From an uncultured Bacteroidota bacterium (lineage in GTDB: Bacteria; Bacteroidota; Bacteroidia; Bacteroidales; GWA2-32-17), in assembly GCA_903872185.1 (NCBI GenBank), contig CAIQJL010000264.1, positions 64,038 to 128,037 on the forward strand: a DNA stretch of 64,000 nt, read 5' to 3'. The translations under genes and the position numbers were made by a program. Of this stretch, positions 19,961 through 26,732 are shown piece after piece. The notes beneath the pieces are model-generated. The model had not been told where the DNA came from. It did not search any database and saw only the letters and a list, made by a program, of their open reading frames with translations. The first letter of the stretch is position 1; every line of letters starts with the position of its first letter.

Positions 19961-20689
19961 ATGGAAAACACAATAACAAGAATTGCTATCTTAGTTGATG
20001 GTGATAACGCACAGGCAAAACTTTTAAAACCAATTTTGGAAGAAGTTTCAAAATATGGAAAAGTAACAATTCGCAGAATATATGGCGACTGGACAAAACC
20101 ACAAATGGGAAGCTGGAAAGAATCATTGAATGACTTATCATTTACTCCTATTCAGAAGTTTTCATATACAACAGGAAAAAACTCTACAGACAGTTCATTA
20201 ATTATTGACGCAATGGATATTCTTCACGACAATATTGTAGAAGGATTTTGCATAGTTTCTAGCGATAGCGATTATACTGGATTAGCAAAAAGAATAAGAG
20301 AAGAAGGTGTATTTGTTATGGGTATTGGCGAAAAGAAAACCCCAAATGCATTCGTTCAATCATGCGAAATTTTTACTTACAGCGAAAATATTGTTCCCGT
20401 TGTTACAGAAGTTATTCTTAAAAAATCCAATCATAAGAAATCACAAAAACCCCAAACTCCACAAGTTGATATTAAACTCGTAAACAAAGCTTACGATATG
20501 TCGGTAAGTGAAGGATCCGAAACTCATATTTCACAGGTTGGACTAAATATAAGAAAAATAAATCCAAGCTTTGATCCCCGTGCCTTTGGATTTAAAACCC
20601 TTACTCAACTATTCGAAAGTCTTACCGATTACGAAGTAATTAGAAACAAAGTTGGAAGCTTAAATCATCCTATGGTTAAAAGGAAATAA
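19961..20689 (+). CDS. NYN (LabA/DUF88-like) domain protein with C-terminal OST-HTH/LOTUS-like domain
   Basis: 242 aa. IAILVDGDNAQ...IRRIYGDW...NSTDSSLIIDAMDIL...FCIVSSDSDYTGLAKRIRE is the NYN/PIN-like nuclease pattern. The C-terminal ~70 aa (ISQVGLNIRKINPSFDPRAFGFKTLTQLFES) look like OST-HTH. Confidence 0.75.
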   Translation: MENTITRIAILVDGDNAQAKLLKPILEEVSKYGKVTIRRIYGDWTKPQMGSWKESLNDLSFTPIQKFSYTTGKNSTDSSLIIDAMDILHDNIVEGFCIVSSDSDYTGLAKRIREEGVFVMGIGEKKTPNAFVQSCEIFTYSENIVPVVTEVILKKSNHKKSQKPQTPQVDIKLVNKAYDMSVSEGSETHISQVGLNIRKINPSFDPRAFGFKTLTQLFESLTDYEVIRNKVGSLNHPMVKRK

Positions 20690-20694
20690 ATTAT

Positions 20695-21372
20695 TTATTT
20701 CCAGTATTCATAATCCATATACTTTGCTGTAGCATCAGCAGCTTCTTTTCCAAAATATTTTGAAACAACAAACAGCGAACCGTCTATACCTGCCGAAACA
20801 CCTGCAGTAGTAACCACTTTTCCATTATCTGTATAACGAACACCTTTCATAACATTTGCAGTTGGAACCATTTTCTTTAAATTTTCTAATGCTCCATGCC
20901 ACGTTGTTACATTAAGGCTATCTAGTAATCCTGCATCAGCTAAAATAAACGCACCTGTACATACCGACATTAAGGTTTTTGATTCATTAGCAGTATTTAT
21001 TAACCAACTTTTAAATTCAGGTTGGTCTTTTAACAATCCTAAATCGCCACCAGGAACAATAAAAATATCTGGTTTAGGGCAACTATTAATATTGTAATCT
21101 GGAATTATTTTTAATCCACTGTGTGCTTTTATTTCTTCTTTTGCTGAAACGGTATATACATTAAATAAATGCTTACCATCTTTTGAATATGAATCATAAA
21201 ATACCTCTAATGGTCCAGTAAAATCTAATACATATACATCATTATAAACAAGAATAGCGACATTTAGAGTTTGCTGCTTTTCATCTTTAGCTTGTGCAAT
21301 ACTAAAGAATGGAATAATTAAGCATAAACTTAAAAACATCAATATTTGTTTTCCATCTTTTATAATTTTCAT
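20695..21372 (-). CDS. DJ-1/PfpI-family protein with N-terminal signal peptide
   Basis: 225 aa. Signal peptide (FFSIAQA), class-I glutamine-amidotransferase-like fold and nucleophile elbow MSVCTGAFILA. Confidence 0.85.
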   Translation of the reverse strand: MKIIKDGKQILMFLSLCLIIPFFSIAQAKDEKQQTLNVAILVYNDVYVLDFTGPLEVFYDSYSKDGKHLFNVYTVSAKEEIKAHSGLKIIPDYNINSCPKPDIFIVPGGDLGLLKDQPEFKSWLINTANESKTLMSVCTGAFILADAGLLDSLNVTTWHGALENLKKMVPTANVMKGVRYTDNGKVVTTAGVSAGIDGSLFVVSKYFGKEAADATAKYMDYEYWK

Positions 21373-21441
21373 GATTAAACTTTTGTAATAAATATTTGAT
21401 TAAAATTAATTTCAAAAATAAATAAAATCTTTTTGGAAATC

Positions 21442-21461
21442 ATTTCGTATATTTGCGAAAT
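21442..21461. promoter_or_regulatory. candidate ArsR-type operator: ATTTCG-N8-CGAAAT inverted repeat whose spacer TATATTTG matches the Bacteroidota -7 promoter element TAnnTTTG
   Basis: Read directly: cATTTCGtatatttgCGAAATat, 24 nt upstream of ATG 21485. It lies in the divergent region shared with the DJ-1 gene. Confidence 0.4.
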
Positions 21462-21484
21462 ATAAAAATGCAAAATTATCCATT

Positions 21485-21724
21485 ATGGAAATAAAAGTTT
21501 TAGGCACAGGTTGTGCAAATTGCAAAACCCTAGAAAAAGCTGTTAATACAGTATTAACAGAAATGAATTTAAATGCAACAGTAGTTAAGGAAGAAGACAT
21601 TCAGAAAATAATGTCATACGGAATAATGAAAACTCCAGGCTTAGTTATTGACGAAAAAGTTGTACTTAGTGGACGAGTACCAAATTCAAAAGAATTAAAA
21701 GAAATTATAGAGAAAAGTATTTGA
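21485..21724 (+). CDS. small thioredoxin-fold protein (redox-active disulfide protein 2 / Thioredoxin_3 type), CANC active site
   Basis: 79 aa. MEIKVLGTGCANCKTLEKAV...KTPGLVIDEKVV is typical of the family. Confidence 0.85.
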   Translation: MEIKVLGTGCANCKTLEKAVNTVLTEMNLNATVVKEEDIQKIMSYGIMKTPGLVIDEKVVLSGRVPNSKELKEIIEKSI

Positions 21725-21727
21725 TTA

Positions 21728-22027
21728 ATGACAACGAAACCAAAATTTACTGCACAACAAGAGCAAATAGCTCGTATTGCAAAAGCATTAGGACACCCGG
21801 CAAGAGTTTATATTATGGAAAAGCTTATTGGTTTAAATTCATGCTGCACAAGCGGCGAAATGATTGGCGATATTCCTATTGCACGGTCAACTCTTTCACA
21901 ACATTTAAAAGAGTTAAAATACGCAGGATTAATACAAGGAAATATAGAACCACCTCAGATTAAATACTGTGTAAATAAAGCTAATTGGGAAATTGCCAAA
22001 ATTCTATTAAAGAATTTTATGAAATAA
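21728..22027 (+). CDS. ArsR/SmtB-family metalloregulatory transcription factor
   Basis: 99 aa. LGHPARVYIMEKL (alpha1-2), a CC pair at the alpha3 position (NSCCTSGEMIG), HTH STLSQHLKELKYAGLI. Confidence 0.88.
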   Translation: MTTKPKFTAQQEQIARIAKALGHPARVYIMEKLIGLNSCCTSGEMIGDIPIARSTLSQHLKELKYAGLIQGNIEPPQIKYCVNKANWEIAKILLKNFMK

Positions 22028-22043
22028 TTTAATTATTTAGATG

Positions 22044-22063
22044 TTTCGTTATTATGCGAAATA
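22044..22063. promoter_or_regulatory. second copy of the candidate operator (GTTTCG-N8-CGAAAT)
   Basis: gatGTTTCGttattatgCGAAATaa, 26 nt upstream of ATG 22089. Same half-sites and same 8-nt spacer as at 21442. Confidence 0.4.
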
Positions 22064-22088
22064 AAAAACATTTTAAAATATATAGAAT

Positions 22089-22640
22089 ATGAAAATCATT
22101 AAAAAAATAAAATTTACTACCTTAGTAATAATTGTTTCCATTTGTATTACTTCTTGCAATTCTACCCCTAACAGTTTAGAAAGCAATTTACAATCTGATT
22201 CGATACCATCAATAATAGATACTTTAACAGCACCTATATCAATTACAGACAATACAAATATAGAAAACACAGAAAATACAACAGCATCAATAAAAAAAGA
22301 GGAAATACCTAAAATCCTTATTTATAACTTTCATGTAACAAATCGCTGTGCTTCTTGTATTGCAATAGAAAACGCAACAAAAAAAACACTCGACACTTAC
22401 TTTAAATCAGAACTTGATAAAGGAATAATAAAGTTCTCGATTTTATCAGTTGATGATGATGCTAATGCTAAAATTGCTGAAAAGTATCAGGCTTTTGGAT
22501 CAGCATTATTTGTAACAAGAGTTTTTAAAGGCAAAGAAACTACCTCTGATTTCACAGGCGATGGCTTTAAATATGCAAAAAATAAAGAAGAAAAGTTTAT
22601 AGAAATACTAAAAAATCAAATTACAGAATATTTAAAATAA
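22089..22640 (+). CDS. exported lipoprotein with thioredoxin-like RCxxC domain (resembles proteins I recall being labelled ArsF-family in Bacteroidota)
   Basis: 183 aa. Lipobox ITSC, a low-complexity linker, then ILIYNFHVTNRCASCIAIE...EKYQAFGSALF. Confidence 0.6.
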   Translation: MKIIKKIKFTTLVIIVSICITSCNSTPNSLESNLQSDSIPSIIDTLTAPISITDNTNIENTENTTASIKKEEIPKILIYNFHVTNRCASCIAIENATKKTLDTYFKSELDKGIIKFSILSVDDDANAKIAEKYQAFGSALFVTRVFKGKETTSDFTGDGFKYAKNKEEKFIEILKNQITEYLK

Positions 22641-22646
22641 CATATT

Positions 22647-23060
22647 ATGAAAAAAATATTATTCATATTGTTTTTAGCATTAACAAATTGTACATTATTT
22701 GCACAAACTCAAAATCTAAATAAGAAAACAAAACTATTAGTCTATTATTTTCACATTACCGATAGATGCAATACATGTAGAAGCATTGAAGCGGTTACGA
22801 CTAAAGTATTGAATGAAAATTACAAAAACGAACTTGATAGCGAAATAATAGTTTTTAAAACTTTCAATGTTGAATACCCAGAAAATAAATATATCTGTGA
22901 AAAATATCAGGCATATGGTGCCACATTAGCTCTTACTAAAATAGAATTTGGTGCAGAAGTAAAAATTGATGATTTAACCAATTTCGCTTTTTCAAAAATT
23001 CACACAGAAGAAATATTTACAAAAGGATTGATGGATAAAATAAATGAGTATTTAAAATAA
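22647..23060 (+). CDS. exported RCxxC thioredoxin-like protein, tandem paralog of 22089..22640
   Basis: 137 aa. Signal peptide, then LLVYYFHITDRCNTCRSIE...EKYQAYGATLAL, collinear with the upstream gene. Confidence 0.6.
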   Translation: MKKILFILFLALTNCTLFAQTQNLNKKTKLLVYYFHITDRCNTCRSIEAVTTKVLNENYKNELDSEIIVFKTFNVEYPENKYICEKYQAYGATLALTKIEFGAEVKIDDLTNFAFSKIHTEEIFTKGLMDKINEYLK

Positions 23061-23066
23061 CTCCTT

Positions 23067-23765
23067 ATGGAATTCATACAAAATCTAATTGACAATACTA
23101 ATATTCCTATTCTATCTGCTTTCCTTCTGGGAATTATGACTGCCATTAGTCCTTGTCCACTTGCAACTAACATTACTGCAATTGGTTTTATAAGCAAAGA
23201 CATTGAAAACAAAAAAAGAATTTTCTTTAATGGAATATGGTACACTTTAGGAAGGGCTTTTAGTTACACCACTATAGGTATAATTCTATATTTTGGGGCA
23301 AGTACTTTTAAGGTTGCAAAATTATTTCAATCAAACGGAGAAAAATTTTTAGGTCCATTACTTATAATTGTTGGAATACTAATGTTTGATTTTATTAAAA
23401 TTAAATTTCCAGGTTTTAGCAAACTTTCAGAGAAAATTGAAAACAAAAATAAAAATAACTGGTGGTCTGCCTTTCTGTTAGGTGTTGTTTTTGCTTTAGC
23501 TTTTTGTCCATATAGTGGGGTTTTATATTTTGGAATGTTAATTCCAATGACTGTTTCAAGTGTATCTGGATTATATTTGCCATTTGTTTTTGCATTAGCA
23601 ACAGGTTTGCCTGTAATAATAGTCGCTTATCTTTTAGCTTTTAGCATTTCAAGCATTGGTGGGTTTTACAGTAAGGTTAAAATTTTCGAAAAATGGTTCC
23701 GAAGAATAGTAGCTATAGCTTTTATTATAGTAGGGTTATATTACACTTACATTTTCTTTTTTTAA
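23067..23765 (+). CDS. CcdA/DsbD-type (DsbD_2) transmembrane thiol-disulfide electron carrier-like protein
   Basis: 232 aa, about six TM segments. The two hallmark membrane-embedded Cys-Pro motifs are present: AISPCPLATN (TM1) and ALAFCPYSG (TM4). Confidence 0.78.
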   Translation: MEFIQNLIDNTNIPILSAFLLGIMTAISPCPLATNITAIGFISKDIENKKRIFFNGIWYTLGRAFSYTTIGIILYFGASTFKVAKLFQSNGEKFLGPLLIIVGILMFDFIKIKFPGFSKLSEKIENKNKNNWWSAFLLGVVFALAFCPYSGVLYFGMLIPMTVSSVSGLYLPFVFALATGLPVIIVAYLLAFSISSIGGFYSKVKIFEKWFRRIVAIAFIIVGLYYTYIFFF

Positions 23766-23774
23766 ATTTAAAAA

Positions 23775-24809
23775 ATGAAAAACAGCTTTGTTCAAAGCGT
23801 AAAAGGTAAAATTATTTTACCCTTGTTATTATTACCTATTTGGTTTATAATTTACCATTTTTTACAACCATTTACAGAATGGTTTGTGTTCTCTGCATTG
23901 GGTATGGTTAAAGGCGAACATCTTGCAGAAAGTATCTGGTTTTTCATTTTTGAATTTCCAAAAGTATTGTTATTACTAACATTGATCATTTTCTTAGTAG
24001 GAATTATAAGAACTTTCTTCACTCCCGAACGCACTCGTAAAGCTCTTGAAGGCAAAAAAACTTTTACTGGCAATATTTTAGCTTCATTACTGGGTATTGT
24101 TACACCATTTTGCTCCTGTTCTGCAATTCCTCTATTTCTTGGCTTTGTTGAAACCGGTGTTCCATTAGGAGTAACATTTTCATTCCTTATTGCTGCCCCA
24201 ATGATTAATGAAGTTGCAGTTGTGCTTTTATATGGCATGTTTGGATGGAAAGTTGCATTAATTTATATTTCTACAGGTTTGTTTATAGCAATTTTTGCAG
24301 GCTGGGTAATAGGTAAACTTAAACTCGAAAAATGGATAGAACCCTGGGTCTTTGAAACAAAAATAGGACAAAATACCCTTGACGAGAAACTAATATTCAG
24401 TGATAGAATTAAATTTGGATACGATGCGATAAAAGAAATTGTTGGAAAAGTCTGGATATATGTTGCTATAGGAATTGCAGTAGGTGCAGGTGCGCATGGA
24501 TATGTGCCAGCCGAATTCATGGCTTCATTAATGGGAAAAGACATTTGGTACGCAGTTCCACTTTCTGTTTTGATTGGAATACCATTATATTCTAATGCTG
24601 CTGGTATAATTCCAATCGTTTCTGTACTTATCGAAAAAGGAGCTTCACTTGGAACTTCACTTGCATTTATGATGTCGGTTATTGCTTTATCATTGCCAGA
24701 AATGATTATCCTTAGAAAAGTACTAAAGCTTCCATTAATTTTTACTTTCATTGGTGTAGTTGGAGTTGGTATAATAATAGTTGGCTATTTGTTTAATTTT
24801 ATTTTTTAA
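23775..24809 (+). CDS. COG0701/UPF0718 (ArsP_1, DUF318) permease
   Basis: 344 aa polytopic protein with the family motif TPFCSCSAIPLF. Confidence 0.8.
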   Translation: MKNSFVQSVKGKIILPLLLLPIWFIIYHFLQPFTEWFVFSALGMVKGEHLAESIWFFIFEFPKVLLLLTLIIFLVGIIRTFFTPERTRKALEGKKTFTGNILASLLGIVTPFCSCSAIPLFLGFVETGVPLGVTFSFLIAAPMINEVAVVLLYGMFGWKVALIYISTGLFIAIFAGWVIGKLKLEKWIEPWVFETKIGQNTLDEKLIFSDRIKFGYDAIKEIVGKVWIYVAIGIAVGAGAHGYVPAEFMASLMGKDIWYAVPLSVLIGIPLYSNAAGIIPIVSVLIEKGASLGTSLAFMMSVIALSLPEMIILRKVLKLPLIFTFIGVVGVGIIIVGYLFNFIF

Positions 24810-24819
24810 ATAAATATTT

Positions 24820-25230
24820 ATGTTTAAAAACAAGGGATTTAAAATCGGTAACATTTTACATTTAACTCCAAAAGAAGCATATGAGCTTTGTAACCAGGAA
24901 TCAATTCTTGTTGATGTACGTGAAGATTTTATGGTTGGATGTAAAATTTTCGATGTAAAACAAACACTCTATTGTCCTGCAAGTAAAATTGAAGAATTAT
25001 ACAATAATTTACCAATAGAATCCTCTCTCGTTATTGCAGATGCAACTGGAATACATAGCAAAGAAGTAATTAATTTTCTGACCCAAAAAGGCTTTACAAA
25101 TATTGCAAATCTTGCAGGTGGCTTAGTTGAATGGGAACGCGACAACTTACCACTTCAAATTGACATCACCGAAATGCTAACAGGTTCTTGCATGTGTCAG
25201 TTAAAACAAAGGCACAAGAAAACAAATTAA
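24820..25230 (+). CDS. single-domain rhodanese-like protein, non-canonical active-site loop (Asp instead of Cys), C-terminal CMC tail
   Basis: 136 aa. ILVDVRE...LVIADATGIHSKEVINFLTQKGFTNIANLAGGLVEW aligns with the GlpE-type loop CYHGNSS, placing D where the catalytic C sits. The tail is TGSCMCQLKQRHKK. Confidence 0.78.
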   Translation: MFKNKGFKIGNILHLTPKEAYELCNQESILVDVREDFMVGCKIFDVKQTLYCPASKIEELYNNLPIESSLVIADATGIHSKEVINFLTQKGFTNIANLAGGLVEWERDNLPLQIDITEMLTGSCMCQLKQRHKKTN

Positions 25231-25241
25231 CAATTTTCATT

Positions 25242-25631
25242 ATGAAAGAGATTATTAACGCAAAAACTTTTAAGCTGGTTTATTTTAGTATTTTAGTTAT
25301 AGTATTTTTTTCATTTACTTTTTATTCCTGCAAAAAGGAAAAAGCAAATATAGAGCCTGATCCATCAGACAATTTAGCAATAGATAGCATTGTGGCAACA
25401 AAAACGAATATTATTACCTGGGAAGAAATATTTATAACAGCATATACAAGAGGAAATAATATTACCCTTAAATGGAGTGCAAATCATGGTAGTATGTTAG
25501 GTACCGATTCTTCCTCAGTTAAATATTGGGCTTGTCCATCTTGCACTGGCACTAACACTATCGAATGCAAAGCAAGTAATGAATATGGAACAATTTCAAA
25601 GACAATAACAATAAACGTAAGCCCTGAATGA
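25242..25631 (+). CDS. small lipoprotein, unknown function
   Basis: The track ORF starts at 25188, inside the rhodanese gene. The internal ATG at 25242 gives MKEIINAKTFKLVYFSILVIVFFSFTFYSC (lipobox). The mature part has two CxxC-spaced Cys (WACPSCTG) plus one more (ECK). Confidence 0.5.
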   Translation: MKEIINAKTFKLVYFSILVIVFFSFTFYSCKKEKANIEPDPSDNLAIDSIVATKTNIITWEEIFITAYTRGNNITLKWSANHGSMLGTDSSSVKYWACPSCTGTNTIECKASNEYGTISKTITINVSPE

Positions 25632-26593
25632 CAAATAAAATAACATTAATTACAATATTTATTTTTCTTTTTCAGGCAAACAGCTATTCTCAATGTTGTG
25701 CTGCAGGAAATCCTTCGGGTAGCGACATTTCACAAGAAGGACTGGGAAAGAACTTTTTTAAAATTAATCTACTTTATAAATACAGTTTATCAAAAGATTA
25801 TTTCCATTTTAATAAAAAATATTCGCTCCCCTACATTGAAAAAAGCAATTTCAATTACAGCAATGTTTCTATTGCTTATGGTTTATCTCAAAGGTTATCA
25901 TTAAATACAGAACTTGGTTATTTCATTAACAAATCACAAGAATTAAAAATAAATAATGAAAATATTTTAATAAATTCAAGTGGAATTGGAGATATATCAT
26001 TTAATGCAAGATATAAATTGATTCAAAAGGTTAAACCATTTTCTCAGCTATATATTTCGGCAGGAACAAAAATTCCGGTTGGAGCTTTTAATGAAGAAAT
26101 TGATGGAGTAACTATACCCATTTCGTTACAACCTTCATCTGGTGCATTAAAATTTAATGGTGGAATTTTTTATTTAAGAAAAAGTCTCGATAAAAAACTT
26201 GGCTGGTATAGCTTTGCTATTTTTGAATTTAGCAATACTATTAACAAAGGTTACCTGACCTATAAATATGGGAATTATTTACAATATACACTTGCAGGAA
26301 TTTATTCTTTTTCTAAAAAACTTTCAGCTATAGGGAATATTAAGGTTGAATATAGAGATCGTGATAAACGAGAAGAAAACTTAAAAATAGAATCAAGTGG
26401 CAGTAGAATATTATATTTTTCTCCACAATTTCAGTATAATTTTAAAAGATCATGGAATATTATTATAAATGCCGATATCCCAATTTATAAATATGTAAAC
26501 GGTTATCAGCTGACTAATAAATTTGCTTTTTCTTTTGGTATTTACAAAGCATTTAATTTGCAGAAAAGCAAAGAAAACTCAACTAATCCATAA
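25628..26593 (+). CDS. putative outer-membrane beta-barrel protein
   Basis: 321 aa. Signal peptide ending ...ANSYSQ, then CCAAGNP. Alternating-hydrophobic beta-strand pattern throughout, and aromatic-rich C-terminal strand FAFSFGIYKAF. The start overlaps the previous stop (ATGA). Confidence 0.55.
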   Translation: MTNKITLITIFIFLFQANSYSQCCAAGNPSGSDISQEGLGKNFFKINLLYKYSLSKDYFHFNKKYSLPYIEKSNFNYSNVSIAYGLSQRLSLNTELGYFINKSQELKINNENILINSSGIGDISFNARYKLIQKVKPFSQLYISAGTKIPVGAFNEEIDGVTIPISLQPSSGALKFNGGIFYLRKSLDKKLGWYSFAIFEFSNTINKGYLTYKYGNYLQYTLAGIYSFSKKLSAIGNIKVEYRDRDKREENLKIESSGSRILYFSPQFQYNFKRSWNIIINADIPIYKYVNGYQLTNKFAFSFGIYKAFNLQKSKENSTNP

Positions 26594-26628
26594 AATATAA
26601 TATTGCTTATTATTAATATATTCCAAAA

Positions 26629-26732
26629 TTCGTCATGGCGGCTCTGAGCCTAATATTGTTGCCTTAAGAGAAAATTATTTTGACATTTTATTCACCTACT
26701 TCTCGATATGCTTCGCTTCCGCCGCGGCGTAC
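26629..26732. repeat. bipartite GC-rich palindromic intergenic repeat, copy 1 (GTCATGGCGGC...~85 nt...CTTCGCTTCCGCCGCGGCG)
   Basis: A 100% GC 11-mer CCGCCGCGGCG and a GTCATGGCGG motif sit in otherwise AT-rich spacer. It mirrors copy 2 at 28938..29062. Confidence 0.45.

Noticed and set aside
21721-21963. 80-aa ORF overlapping the ArsR gene in another frame, and the 62-aa ORF 21412..21600 antisense to the trx gene.
   Set aside because: The ArsR and Trx frames have clear family motifs and a paralog elsewhere in the window. The alternative frames give basic, low-complexity peptides.
23852-24751. Long antisense ORFs inside the permease gene (23852..24238, 128 aa; 24263..24751, 162 aa). Similar track ORFs lie antisense to or out of frame with clear genes: 1934..2230, 4409..4657, 4746..5015, 5543..5815, 9333..9578, 10402..10683, 12180..12419, 17086..17304, 19325..19531, 28429..28680, 31487..31705, 33396..33692, 37581..37862, 46860..47117, 59945..60382, 61115..61348, 62930..63166.
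   Set aside because: Each lies fully inside a gene with strong family motifs on the other strand or frame. Their translations are low-complexity or compositionally odd, with no recognisable motifs. Long accidental ORFs are expected opposite AT-rich coding sequence.
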